This document shows positions 19,295 to 29,202 of a DNA stretch of 64,000 nucleotides, piece by piece. A model generated the notes under the pieces. The model was not told where the DNA came from and made no database searches. It worked only from the letters and a program-made list of their open reading frames with translations. The stretch is from Patescibacteria group bacterium (lineage in GTDB: Bacteria; Patescibacteriota; Minisyncoccia; Phycocordibacterales; UBA1550). The translations under genes were made by a program, and so were the position numbers. The DNA lies in contig JBBTUT010000003.1 in NCBI GenBank assembly GCA_038063615.1, positions 1,352 through 65,351 of the forward strand, in the 5' to 3' direction. Every line of letters begins with the position of its first letter. The stretch's first letter is position 1.

Positions 19295-20251
19295 ATGGAA
19301 AAGAAATCTTTAAATAAAAACTTGCACAAGGCAAGCGCTGAAAAGAAAGACGAGTTTTACACTCAACTCGCTGATGTTGAAAAGGAACTCAGGCACTACA
19401 AAGACCAATTTCGTGGTAAGGTGGTATTTTGTAATTGTGATGATCCAAGAGAAAGCAACTTTGTTAAATATTTCAGTACAAATTTTGAACATTTGGGGCT
19501 GAAGAAATTAATCGCAACGCATTACAAAGATGCAAATTTGTTTACAAGGGAGACACCATATAAACTAGTGTACGCTGGCGACAAGAACGGGAATCGCATG
19601 CCTGATACGGATGAGTTTATGACCGAAATGATCGGCACGGGCGATTTCCGTAGCGAGGAATGTATTGAATTACTCAAAGAAGCCGATATAGTAGTAACCA
19701 ACCCACCATTTTCTTTGTTTCGTGAGTATGTCGCACAGCTGATGGAATACAATAAAAAGTTTTTGATTCTTGGCAATCAGAATGCCATTACATACAAGGA
19801 TACATTTAAGCTTATTAAAGAAAACAAATTGTGGCTGGGTTATGACAATGGTGGCACAAAGTGGTTTCAGGTTCCTGTGGGCTATGACATACAAACCGAA
19901 TCGAGAATAAAAGTCGAAAATGGTATTAAGTTTTTCAGCATGGGTAGCATAGTATGGTTTACAAACCTAGACACCACAAAGCGCCATGAAAAATTAGTGC
20001 TTTACAAAAAATACACGCCTGAAGAATACCCTAATTACGATTACCAAGACATTATAGAGGTTTCAAAAGTAGCAGAAATACCATTTGACTACGATGGAAC
20101 GATGGCGGTCCCGAAAACTTTTATTGATAAATATAACCCAAAACAATTTGAGTTGTTGGGTTTTTTGAACGGTGGTGGCAAGGACGAGACAGTACTAAGT
20201 AAACATCCATTCGCGAGAATCTTAATAAGAAATAAGGAAATAAAAAAATAA
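19295..20251 (+). CDS. Adenine-specific DNA methyltransferase, EcoRI-methylase family
   Basis: KKDEFYT, FCNCDDP, GDFRS, VTNPPFSLFREY. Confidence 0.92.
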   Translation: MEKKSLNKNLHKASAEKKDEFYTQLADVEKELRHYKDQFRGKVVFCNCDDPRESNFVKYFSTNFEHLGLKKLIATHYKDANLFTRETPYKLVYAGDKNGNRMPDTDEFMTEMIGTGDFRSEECIELLKEADIVVTNPPFSLFREYVAQLMEYNKKFLILGNQNAITYKDTFKLIKENKLWLGYDNGGTKWFQVPVGYDIQTESRIKVENGIKFFSMGSIVWFTNLDTTKRHEKLVLYKKYTPEEYPNYDYQDIIEVSKVAEIPFDYDGTMAVPKTFIDKYNPKQFELLGFLNGGGKDETVLSKHPFARILIRNKEIKK

Positions 20252-20252
20252 C

Positions 20253-21344
20253 ATGAAAATTGAACTTCATCGAATTTCTGTGCGCGAAGTTATTGTCGGC
20301 TACAAGGATAGTGCTGAAGAGGGCGTTGTAGCTTATGGTGGCAAACTCGATATTCGCCCAAAATATCAACGCGAATTTGTTTATAACGGCAAACAGCGCG
20401 ACGCTGTTATTGAGACAATTAAAAATGGTTTTCCGCTCAATGTGATGTATTGGGTTAAAACCGATGAGGGCAATTACGAAGTTTTAGACGGACAGCAACG
20501 CACTATTAGCATAGGACAATATATAAATGGTGATTTCTCATTAAATAATTTCAATTTTCATAACTTGACGGATGAAGAGCAAAAACAAATTTTGGATTAT
20601 GAATTGATGATTTATTTCTGCGAGGGTAATGATAGGGAAAAATTGAACTGGTTCAAAATCATCAACATTGCTGGAGAGAAACTGACCGAACAAGAATTGC
20701 GCAATGCGGTATATACTGGCCCATGGCTTTCTGACGCAAAGCTTAAATTCAGTAAATCAAGCTGCGCGGCGTACCTTTTAGCACACGACGGCGGGCAGTT
20801 AGTGAGTGGATCTCCCATCCGTCAAGAATATTTGGAGACCGCGCTTTCGTGGATCAATGATGGCAAAATAGAAGATTACATGGCAAAGCATCAGCATGAC
20901 ACGAACGCCGATGAATTGTGGAACTATTTCCAAAATGTAATTGCATGGGTGCGAGCGACTTTTACGAATTACCGCCGAGAAATGAACAGTGTAAAGTGGG
21001 GCGAGCTGTACAACAAATTCAAAGACAAGAAACTGAATGCTGGCAAACTGGAAACCGAGATCAATGAGTTGATGCAAGACGAGGATGTGACGAAAAAATC
21101 CGGCATTTATCCGTATGTTTTGACGAGGCAGGAAAAATATCTTTCAATTCGCGCTTTTACCGAGAAGCAAAAGAGGGAAGTATACGAAAAACAAAAAGGC
21201 ATCTGCGTAAAATGCAAGAAACATTTTGGAATAGAAGAAATGGAAGCAGACCATATAACACCTTGGCATGAGGGAGGAAAAACAAATGCCAAAAATTGCC
21301 AAATGTTGTGTAAACAAGACAATCGCACCAAATCTGGAAAATAA
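20253..21344 (+). CDS. DUF262 (ParB-like) plus HNH endonuclease
   Basis: PKYQREFVY, LDGQQR; C-terminal CVKC..MEADHITPWHEGGKT..NCQMLC. Confidence 0.92.
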   Translation: MKIELHRISVREVIVGYKDSAEEGVVAYGGKLDIRPKYQREFVYNGKQRDAVIETIKNGFPLNVMYWVKTDEGNYEVLDGQQRTISIGQYINGDFSLNNFNFHNLTDEEQKQILDYELMIYFCEGNDREKLNWFKIINIAGEKLTEQELRNAVYTGPWLSDAKLKFSKSSCAAYLLAHDGGQLVSGSPIRQEYLETALSWINDGKIEDYMAKHQHDTNADELWNYFQNVIAWVRATFTNYRREMNSVKWGELYNKFKDKKLNAGKLETEINELMQDEDVTKKSGIYPYVLTRQEKYLSIRAFTEKQKREVYEKQKGICVKCKKHFGIEEMEADHITPWHEGGKTNAKNCQMLCKQDNRTKSGK

Positions 21345-21394
21345 TATGACGAGTAGTCTTTTTGCAAAGGTAGAATATGAATTTTTGTCATACT

Positions 21395-21412
21395 GGGTCA
21401 GGTACCCTTTCC
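21395..21412 (+). repeat. Dispersed copy of the RAYT-flanking REP
   Basis: GGGTCAGGTACCCTTTCC identical to the core of the repeat at 35023-35096. Confidence 0.8.
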
Positions 21413-21470
21413 TAAAATTGAATCCAAAAACTAAAATTAAAAATTTTGATGAGGCGGGGGCTGTGGTAGA

Positions 21471-22016
21471 ATGAAATGCATGAAGAATAACAGTGGTAAA
21501 ATTTCAAAGGAGAAGATTTTACCAAACATTGTTTTGAGGTATTATCATTCGCCACAGAAACGGAGTGATAATAAATTATCGGGAATTACTTGCGCCTTCT
21601 GTCTTGAAAAAAACATAATAAATATCGGCGGTGGTTTCCATGACAAAAAGGGTAAACCCCATCAGATTTGCGAAAAATGCGCGGTATGGCGATATCGAGA
21701 TGATAACGGGTTCCGTACTCTGTCCGCAGCAAAAGCGCGCCGCCGTAGAATATTTGATGTTGGGTATATATTTAACGAAATGGTGATTGATAGGTATATA
21801 AGCATAAAGGGTGTTAAAAATTACGATGCCTTACCCACTGGGGTTGCGGATGTGATTTTTATAGATGCTGCTAATCTTTACAACTATCTTTTTAGTAAGG
21901 AGGATAAAATTAGAATCGAAGAAATTGAGAGGCAGGATGAGATTGCGGACGAATTGCGAAAGAGGATTGAAATTATTGATTTCAAAAAATATTTTACCGA
22001 AAAAGGACTTTTGTGA
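21471..22016 (+). CDS. Hypothetical protein with two CxxC pairs (possible Zn finger)
   Basis: CAFC..ICEKC; 181-aa ORF. Confidence 0.6.
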   Translation: MKCMKNNSGKISKEKILPNIVLRYYHSPQKRSDNKLSGITCAFCLEKNIINIGGGFHDKKGKPHQICEKCAVWRYRDDNGFRTLSAAKARRRRIFDVGYIFNEMVIDRYISIKGVKNYDALPTGVADVIFIDAANLYNYLFSKEDKIRIEEIERQDEIADELRKRIEIIDFKKYFTEKGLL

Positions 22017-22063
22017 TGTAACTTGGTTTGACGATATGGCGTGGTACATGGTAGTATTGTTGC

Positions 22064-22192
22064 ATGAAACAGCAATTTACTGCAGTATATAAAAAGAGTG
22101 GAAAATGGTATCTTGGGTGGGTTGAGGAAATTTCCGGCGTGAATACACAAGGTCGTACACTTGCTGAAGCGCGCGAAAATCTTAATGAATAG
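22064..22192 (+). pseudogene. Truncated HicB-family antitoxin
   Basis: MKQQFTAVYKKSGKWYLGWVEEISGVNTQGRTLAEARENLNE*, ending at a REP-like GTGTCAGGTACCTTTG. Confidence 0.75.
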
Positions 22193-22253
22193 GTGTCAGG
22201 TACCTTTGACTTGAATTTGAGCAGAATCTTCCCCGGCATGTTATAGTTGCTGT

Positions 22254-22517
22254 ATGGTAACTTTTACCAAACACGCGAAAGATAAGTTTGGAATTCTGAA
22301 AAAACATAAATTTTCAGTATCTGAGGAGCAGGTTTTGGCGACTGTTGCGATGCCTGACCTGATTGATCATTCTCGAATTCCGCTCTTGGTAGCTCAACGA
22401 AAAATTGACAGGAACCTTGTATTGAGGGTAGTATATAAGCAAGAAAGAGGAACCGTAAAGATAATCACATTTTATCCGGGGAAATCTAAACAATATAAAA
22501 ATGAAAACAAAAGATAA
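22254..22517 (+). CDS. DUF4258-like (RelE/BrnT-type) putative toxin
   Basis: FTKHA..LRVVY..IITFYP; overlaps downstream partner gene. Confidence 0.7.
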   Translation: MVTFTKHAKDKFGILKKHKFSVSEEQVLATVAMPDLIDHSRIPLLVAQRKIDRNLVLRVVYKQERGTVKIITFYPGKSKQYKNENKR

Positions 22518-22743
22518 AGCAAAAATTTCATACGAGCCGGAATCCGATGTTTTAATGTGGGAAATATCTGGCAGTTCTATCGATTATGCTAAAGAAATTG
22601 GCAATTTTGTAGTGCATTTTACAAAAAACAATGTACCCGTTTTGATCGAGATATTGGAGGCGAGTAAATTTTTGGCAAAGACAAAAAATGTCGTAGAGAA
22701 AGGGAGCAGTGTTTTTATAAAAAGACACGCTTTGGCGGTGTAG
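22501..22743 (+). CDS. DUF2283-like putative antitoxin
   Basis: ISYEPESDVL..PVLIEILEAS pattern. Confidence 0.75.
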   Translation: MKTKDKAKISYEPESDVLMWEISGSSIDYAKEIGNFVVHFTKNNVPVLIEILEASKFLAKTKNVVEKGSSVFIKRHALAV

Positions 22744-22889
22744 ATTTTGCATAATTGGGACAGTCACGATTGTTTCGTAAATTATGTGGTGTAGTTTGGG
22801 TGCAAACTCAATGCAGGTTACTTTTGTAGCATTATAGTAGTCAATTTACTCAAGAGAGGTGGCGTTTTGTAAATCTCAAAGACGCAGGA

Positions 22890-24182
22890 TTAGCATAATT
22901 GCTCATACAGCTCGAGTTCCTCGCGCGGGTCGCTCCACTCGACTTCGTTGATATCAAATCGTGTTACATCAGAAAGCTCTTTGCGTACGGCATCATCCAC
23001 TTCATCAGGACCGTACCCCGCTTGCTCTGCCGTCCACCAGAGAGTCTCCTCATGTTCAGGATGTTTCTTGTCTTTGAGAATGTCCATTTTTTCATAGTAC
23101 CCAAAAAGTGCGCCGGAATCTTCGTATGGGCAACGATTCTTGCCTGCGAGAATATCCGGTACTTTCATACCATCAGTGCGTGGAAGTATTTTTTCAAGTG
23201 TGATCCTATGCCCCCAACCGTCTCCGAAGTCATACATATACCATACCGCGTCTTTTTCTTTTTTCAGAAAATCTGATATCCCCGTATTCCTTTCGTCGAG
23301 CGACGCCTTGTCAGAAAAAATTTCATCGTCCGGATGCGGAATCTTGATGCTTGTTGCGTCTCTGCTGGTATATGGCGAGCAATCAAAAAATTCATGCAAG
23401 TGATACCCGAACCACCCCATCGCGTCTTGAATGGCAACATGCAAATCAAAGAAAGAATATTCCTCAGGTACAATAATCCTGCGCCAAATGAGTGGCTTTG
23501 AGCCGGAAAGCTCTATTTTGAGTCGCAGAATATTATTGCCGGTAATATGCTTGGCGGGTTTTGCGTGCGCGACATCCGTTTGAGGAGCCATACTTTTTCT
23601 TCTTTGCTCCAATTGTTCTTCCACATGCCGCATTGTTTCTTCTGTCGCGAAAGCTTGCGCGAGTTTAGTCGCATCGCCACCTTCACCTTTTCTTATTAAC
23701 TCACACATCGCGCACCCACCACATCCTTCAAATTCGGAAGTAACGGAAAAATGGGGGGACCCCGATAACCACTCTTCGGCAATTTGACCCGCTTCGTCCG
23801 CGAGATATTGATGCCAGCCATGAACCCAGCCGTCAGTGTTTTCTTTCAGGTGTCTCTCCATGGCGCGCCAATTCCCTGAACTAAGCGCCTTCACTGCTCC
23901 GCGCGCTTCATCTCCAGATGCCATGACTGACAGAATATCAGCGATAAAGTCGCGCGCAATCTGGTCGCGATATTCGTCATTGAGATGCTCGACGAGAAAA
24001 TATTGTTTTGAGTTTCCAATTTTTATCACCCAGTCGTGTAAACCTTTTACTGAGGAAACCGCAACCAGTGTGCCAGTCTTTATGTCCAAGTATTGCTGCG
24101 GGTAATCCTCGGTGGCAAGAATCGCATCTACGACTGCCTCAATATCCACTCGAACTCGGTTGGGGAGATACCATGCGTCCAT
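22890..24182 (-). CDS. Plasmid pRiA4b ORF-3 family protein with N-terminal UPF0158-like region
   Basis: IWRRIIVP..LHVAIQDAMGW..HLHEF, YMYDFGDGWGH, CPYEDSG. Confidence 0.85.
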   Translation of the reverse strand: MDAWYLPNRVRVDIEAVVDAILATEDYPQQYLDIKTGTLVAVSSVKGLHDWVIKIGNSKQYFLVEHLNDEYRDQIARDFIADILSVMASGDEARGAVKALSSGNWRAMERHLKENTDGWVHGWHQYLADEAGQIAEEWLSGSPHFSVTSEFEGCGGCAMCELIRKGEGGDATKLAQAFATEETMRHVEEQLEQRRKSMAPQTDVAHAKPAKHITGNNILRLKIELSGSKPLIWRRIIVPEEYSFFDLHVAIQDAMGWFGYHLHEFFDCSPYTSRDATSIKIPHPDDEIFSDKASLDERNTGISDFLKKEKDAVWYMYDFGDGWGHRITLEKILPRTDGMKVPDILAGKNRCPYEDSGALFGYYEKMDILKDKKHPEHEETLWWTAEQAGYGPDEVDDAVRKELSDVTRFDINEVEWSDPREELELYEQLC

Positions 24183-24364
24183 AATGTTGATAGTATGCTC
24201 GTATCGTTCATAATAATCAAGGCTCTAGACTAGTTAACCTAGGGGGGATAGGTGTCAGGAGATACTGGGTCAGAGACCTTTGACTCAAAACTTCCAACGG
24301 CTCATTTCCGCCCATTTGAGCCGTTGGGGTTTTGTTGAGGTAAGTCTGTGGTAGAATGAAATGT

Positions 24365-24544
24365 ATGACAGAAGAAGAAATCGCGGTTAAACAACTATCG
24401 GAGGAATACGCAGGACTCTCTGATTTTTTATTGCGTGCGTCGTCTGATGAAAAGAAGAAAATAATCACTGAAGCGGCTCGTCGTGCGAACGAGGATCAGT
24501 TCGAGGTTTTTACTAAAGCAAGGCTTAAGATTGGGGCGAATTAG
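24365..24544 (+). CDS. Small hypothetical protein
   Basis: ORF after TGGTAGAAT extended -10; ASSDEKKKII..AARRANEDQ. Confidence 0.6.
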   Translation: MTEEEIAVKQLSEEYAGLSDFLLRASSDEKKKIITEAARRANEDQFEVFTKARLKIGAN

Positions 24545-24611
24545 TGATATTGAGTGTTAGCCCCACACCCGCACAGACTAAGAATAGTATAATGATGTGC
24601 GGGCAAAAATA

Positions 24612-24670
24612 GGCAAAAGAAAAGGGCTCCTTAGGTAATTAGCCGTTCGGAACCCTTTTCGTCTGAATAT
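24612..24670 (-). ncRNA. Candidate small hairpin RNA (copy 1)
   Basis: 12-bp stem with GAAC/UAA internal loop and U-tract; TTGACT-16-TAGTAT promoter on minus strand; homologous to 53744-53803. Confidence 0.5.
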
Positions 24671-24743
24671 ACTCATACTACCAAAGGAGACGAGAAAGTC
24701 AAGTTTCACCTATTCGCTTGATGTGATAAGATAGAAGCACATT

Positions 24744-25379
24744 ATGATAGACAAAGAACACGACGAAAAAGACGAGGAAGTGGTGGGGGCGGAAGCTCCT
24801 GCGGGGGCTCTTGACACGCAGGAGGATGCTCTGTATAGTAGCGAGGCTCCGGAGATAAGTTTTGAGAGTGAAGAGGATTTGGAGAGTCCGGCGCTTGCGC
24901 TCAAGAAGTTGCGCGAGAAACTGAAGGGCTGCGAGAAAGAAAAGAAGGAATATCTCGATGGATGGCAGAGGATGCGCGCGGACTTTGCAAATGCGCGCAA
25001 AGAAGAAGAGACTCGTCGCGGAGAGATGATCAAGTTTGCGGCAGAAGGGCTCGTCGACGACTTGCTACCCGTGCTCGATAGCTTTTCGATGGCGTTTTCA
25101 AACAAAGAGGCATGGGAAAAAGTGGACGCAAACTGGCGCAAAGGGGTTGAATATATTTACGCGCAAATGTATTCTGTCCTCGAGTCGAGGGGGCTCACGG
25201 AGATTGGGAAAGTGGGCGAGCAGATCGATCCGCGACTCTATGTTGCCGTCGAGGAAATACCGGCGACAGAACCTTCTCAAGCGAATACGGTCGCGGAGGT
25301 TGTCCAAAAAGGGTATCGTCTTCACAGTAAAGTTATCCGTCCGGCAAAAGTGAAAGTGTTTGGTTCCGCGAAGCCGTAA
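24744..25379 (+). CDS. grpE: Nucleotide exchange factor GrpE
   Basis: RMRADFAN, LLPVLDSF, QKGYRL..VIRPAKVKV. Confidence 0.96.
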   Translation: MIDKEHDEKDEEVVGAEAPAGALDTQEDALYSSEAPEISFESEEDLESPALALKKLREKLKGCEKEKKEYLDGWQRMRADFANARKEEETRRGEMIKFAAEGLVDDLLPVLDSFSMAFSNKEAWEKVDANWRKGVEYIYAQMYSVLESRGLTEIGKVGEQIDPRLYVAVEEIPATEPSQANTVAEVVQKGYRLHSKVIRPAKVKVFGSAKP

Positions 25380-25427
25380 AAATAATGTGTCGAAATTTAT
25401 TAAATAATTAATCATCACAACAACATC

Positions 25428-27332
25428 ATGGCAAAAATTTTAGGCATTGACTTGGGTACAACGAATTCAGCGGTCGCTATCATCGAAGGTGGTGAACCGC
25501 GCATCGTAGAAAATATAGAAGGCGCGCGCACGACGCCGTCCATTGTCGCTGTTTCAAAGAGCGGCGAGCGTTTGGTGGGACTTCTTGCAAAACGGCAAGC
25601 GGTGACCAATCCGCAGAATACGCTTTTTGGCATCAAGCGCATGATCGGGCATACATTTGAAGACGAGGGTGTCCAGCGCGATAAAAAGACCGCGCCGTTT
25701 GCCATTGACCGCTCGACGACCGGCGGGGTGATGGTGAAGATGGGCGACCGACAGTATCGTCCGGAAGAAATTTCCGCAATGGTCCTCCAGAAGCTCAAGG
25801 CGGACGCGGAGGCGAAGCTCGGCGAGAAGATCACCGAGGCGGTCATCACCGTGCCTGCATATTTCAACGACTCACAGCGCCAAGCGACCAAAGACGCGGG
25901 GCAGATTGCGGGCTTCGATGTAAAGCGCATCATCAACGAGCCTACGGCGGCTGCTCTCGCATATGGTTTTAATAAAAAGAAAGATGAGAAGATCGTCGTC
26001 TATGATTTCGGCGGAGGCACCTTTGATGTGTCGGTGCTTGAAGTGGGTGGTGATGTTATCGAAGTGAAATCGACCGATGGTGATGTACATATGGGAGGCG
26101 AGGATATCGACCAGAAGATCATCAAGCACATTGCGAGCGAATTCAAAAAGGAATCAGGCATCGATGTGTCGACCGATGTGATGGCGCTTCAGCGCTTGAA
26201 GGAGGCGGCGGAAAAGGCAAAGCACGAGCTTTCGACGACGACAGAATCGGAGATAAACATCCCATTCATCACTTCCGGCGCAGAGGGTCCAAAGCATCTC
26301 CTTATGAAGCTTTCTCGCGCAACTCTCGATGACCTCGCACGCGAATACATCGACAAATCGATCGAGATCACCAAGCGCGCCATCGCGGCGTCGCCGTTCA
26401 AAAAAGAAGACATCAACGAAATCATTATGGTCGGCGGACAGACCCGTATGCCCGCTATCGTGAATGCGGTGAAGGAGCTTTTCGGCAAGGAGCCAAATCG
26501 CTCGATCAACCCCGATGAAGTGGTGGCGATCGGCGCGGCTATTCAGGCGGGAATTTTGCAGGGTGATGTGAAAGATGTGCTCTTACTCGATGTCATCCCA
26601 CTCTCGCTCGGCATTGAAACATTTGGCAATGTCGCGACGAAGCTCATCGAAAAGAATACGACGATTCCCGCATCGCGCTCGCAGGTGTTCTCGACAGCGG
26701 CGGATAATCAAACATCAGTCGAAATCCATGTTGTGCAGGGTGAGCGCCCAATGGCACCGGACAACAAGTCTCTCGGCAGATTTATTTTGGACGGCATTCC
26801 GCCGGCACACCGCGGTATGCCGCAAGTGGAAGTCTCTTTCGATGTGGACGCAAACGGCATCTTGCAGGTAAAGGCAAAGGAAAAGACGACCGGCAAAGAG
26901 CAATCGATACGCATCGAGGCAAGCTCGGGCCTTTCAAAAGATGATATCGCGCGCATGCAAAAAGAGGCGGAGATGAACGCAGAGGAGGATGCGAAAAAAC
27001 GCGATACAGCGGAAACTAAAAATGTACTTGAGCAGATGGTGTACACTGCTGAAAAAGCGCTCCGCGACAATGGCGACAAAGTTTCTGCGGAGATCAAAAC
27101 AGCAGTGGAAGAAAAGCTTGCGAATGCAAAGACGGCAAGCACGGGCACCGATATTGACGCGATGAAGAAAGCATCCACGGAGCTTTCAGAAGAGCTTTCA
27201 AAAATCGGTGAAGCGATGATGAAGAGTGCTGAGGGCGCGAAACCGGAAGGCGCCGGTGAAAATCCCGAAGGAGGCGACGGGAAAGTGCATGATGCGGAGT
27301 ACCGCGACGGGGAGGACAAGAAAGACAATTAA
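25428..27332 (+). CDS. dnaK: Chaperone DnaK
   Basis: [25 protein letters not shown]. Confidence 0.99.
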   Translation: MAKILGIDLGTTNSAVAIIEGGEPRIVENIEGARTTPSIVAVSKSGERLVGLLAKRQAVTNPQNTLFGIKRMIGHTFEDEGVQRDKKTAPFAIDRSTTGGVMVKMGDRQYRPEEISAMVLQKLKADAEAKLGEKITEAVITVPAYFNDSQRQATKDAGQIAGFDVKRIINEPTAAALAYGFNKKKDEKIVVYDFGGGTFDVSVLEVGGDVIEVKSTDGDVHMGGEDIDQKIIKHIASEFKKESGIDVSTDVMALQRLKEAAEKAKHELSTTTESEINIPFITSGAEGPKHLLMKLSRATLDDLAREYIDKSIEITKRAIAASPFKKEDINEIIMVGGQTRMPAIVNAVKELFGKEPNRSINPDEVVAIGAAIQAGILQGDVKDVLLLDVIPLSLGIETFGNVATKLIEKNTTIPASRSQVFSTAADNQTSVEIHVVQGERPMAPDNKSLGRFILDGIPPAHRGMPQVEVSFDVDANGILQVKAKEKTTGKEQSIRIEASSGLSKDDIARMQKEAEMNAEEDAKKRDTAETKNVLEQMVYTAEKALRDNGDKVSAEIKTAVEEKLANAKTASTGTDIDAMKKASTELSEELSKIGEAMMKSAEGAKPEGAGENPEGGDGKVHDAEYRDGEDKKDN

Positions 27333-27403
27333 CATGTGACAATTGACATGTGACAAGGGCGAACCAGTATTTCGTCAATGGTCAAAAGTCAGTTGTCAAA
27401 TGT
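27331..27403. repeat. Inverted heptamer-like repeats between dnaK and dnaJ
   Basis: ACATGTGACAATTGACATGTGACA ... GTCAATGGTCAAAAGTCAGTTGTCAAATGT. Confidence 0.7.
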
Positions 27404-27410
27404 TCCCAGT

Positions 27411-28490
27411 ATGGCAAAGGATCACTACAAAACACTCGGCGTTGAAAAGGGCGCATCTCAAGACGAAATCAAAAAAGCGTTTCGCAAGCTTGCGCACCAG
27501 CATCATCCCGACAAGGGCGGTGATGAGAAGAAATTCAAAGAGGCGAGCGAGGCGTATCAAGTACTCTCTGACGAAAAGAAGCGTACCGAATATGACACCT
27601 ATGGAAGTGCTGGGCCTAGTCAGGGTTTTGGCGGTGGGCAAGGAGGAGGTTTTGACTATTCCGGCTTCGGTGGTTTTCAAGGCGGGCAAGGGTTTGAGGG
27701 GGTGGATCTGAACGACATTTTTGGTGACTTTTTCGGCGGGGGAAATGGTCGCGGGCGCACGCAAGCGCGCCGAGGGCGCGACATTTCAGTAGACCTCGAG
27801 ATCTCATTTTCCGAGGGCGTGTTTGGTGTGGAGCGCAAAGTGTTCATCACGAAAACTTCAGCGTGTGGTACCTGCCACGGCAGTGGTGCAAAGCCGGGCA
27901 CGAAAACGAAAACCTGCGCCGAGTGTAAAGGGCAGGGTCGCATCCAAGAAATGAAGCGCTCGTTCCTCGGCACTATTTCTCAGGTGCGCGAGTGTTCTGC
28001 GTGCGCGGGTACCGGCAAGATTCCCGAGGAAAAGTGCACGGACTGCAAAGGGCACGGCGTCCTCCGCAAGCAAGAGGAAATCACTATCCGTGTTCCATCT
28101 GGTATTCAAAACGGCGAGATGGTGCGCTTGATGGGCGCGGGCGAAGCGGTGCAAAACGGCACGGCGGGGGATTTGTATGTCAATATCCACATCGCACCGC
28201 ACAAAGTTTTCAAGCGCGAAGGGGTCAACCTCGTGATGAACCTCGGCGTGAAGCTTACCGACGCGCTCCTTGGTGCCGAGCACTCTATCGAAACTCTCGA
28301 CGGGCAGATAAAGGTCAAAATTCCGCGCGGAGTTTCCTCGGGAGAGACATTGCGCGTGCGAGAAAAAGGCGTACCGTTTGCTCAAAAACACCGCGGTGAC
28401 CTCCTCATCAAAGTCGAAGTGAAAACCCCCGCGAAACTTTCCCGCACAGCGGAAAAACTCATCGAGAATCTTCGTGAGGAGGGGATATAA
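27411..28490 (+). CDS. dnaJ: Chaperone DnaJ
   Basis: HPD motif, G/F-rich region, four CxxCxGxG repeats. Confidence 0.98.
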   Translation: MAKDHYKTLGVEKGASQDEIKKAFRKLAHQHHPDKGGDEKKFKEASEAYQVLSDEKKRTEYDTYGSAGPSQGFGGGQGGGFDYSGFGGFQGGQGFEGVDLNDIFGDFFGGGNGRGRTQARRGRDISVDLEISFSEGVFGVERKVFITKTSACGTCHGSGAKPGTKTKTCAECKGQGRIQEMKRSFLGTISQVRECSACAGTGKIPEEKCTDCKGHGVLRKQEEITIRVPSGIQNGEMVRLMGAGEAVQNGTAGDLYVNIHIAPHKVFKREGVNLVMNLGVKLTDALLGAEHSIETLDGQIKVKIPRGVSSGETLRVREKGVPFAQKHRGDLLIKVEVKTPAKLSRTAEKLIENLREEGI

Positions 28491-28495
28491 CTATT

Positions 28496-29191
28496 ATGAT
28501 TTTTTTTGCAATCACACCGTTCATCTTGCAGACGCTCGTATACCCATTCACTTGGGTTTCGCTCAGCTTTTTCGCAAAAATTCGCATTTTGGGTAAAGAG
28601 AATATTCGCGGGCATAAACACGGAGTGATATTTGCGGTCAATCATGCAAGCGAGCTTGACCCAATCCTCATCCCCGCAACACTCGATCCATTTTCGCGCC
28701 TAATGCCGATGTTTTATCTCGCGCGCGAGAGTGCATTCTACGAGAAGAGCGGGCTTGCGAAATATATCTACGGCGGACTTTTTTTCAAGATCTGGGGCGC
28801 GTACCCGGTGACCGTAGGAACAAGAGGCGACTATGAGCATGCACTCAGGCACCATATCAAAATTCTTGAACGCGGGAAGAGTATCTGTATTTTCCCTGAG
28901 GGAGGCAAAACAAAAAACGGCGAAATCGGCGAAGGAAAGCCGGGCGTCGCATACCTCCTCTGGCGCACCGGCAGACCCGTGATCCCTGTCGCCATCCGCG
29001 GCCACTATCAAATGAGTGCGCATAGATTCCTCACCCGCAAACACTCCATCACCGTTTCCTACGGCGCACCCATCACCAAAGAAGAGCTCTTTGGTGCGCG
29101 AGCAGATGCGATCTCGCCAACCCGCGAAGAATTAAAAGTAGCCACGCAAGTTATTATGTCGCGTATTCGGGAGATGTATGAGGGGATATAA
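28496..29191 (+). CDS. 1-acyl-sn-glycerol-3-phosphate acyltransferase family protein
   Basis: NHASELD and IFPEG motifs. Confidence 0.9.
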   Translation: MIFFAITPFILQTLVYPFTWVSLSFFAKIRILGKENIRGHKHGVIFAVNHASELDPILIPATLDPFSRLMPMFYLARESAFYEKSGLAKYIYGGLFFKIWGAYPVTVGTRGDYEHALRHHIKILERGKSICIFPEGGKTKNGEIGEGKPGVAYLLWRTGRPVIPVAIRGHYQMSAHRFLTRKHSITVSYGAPITKEELFGARADAISPTREELKVATQVIMSRIREMYEGI

Positions 29192-29202
29192 GATTTTTTC
29201 TT

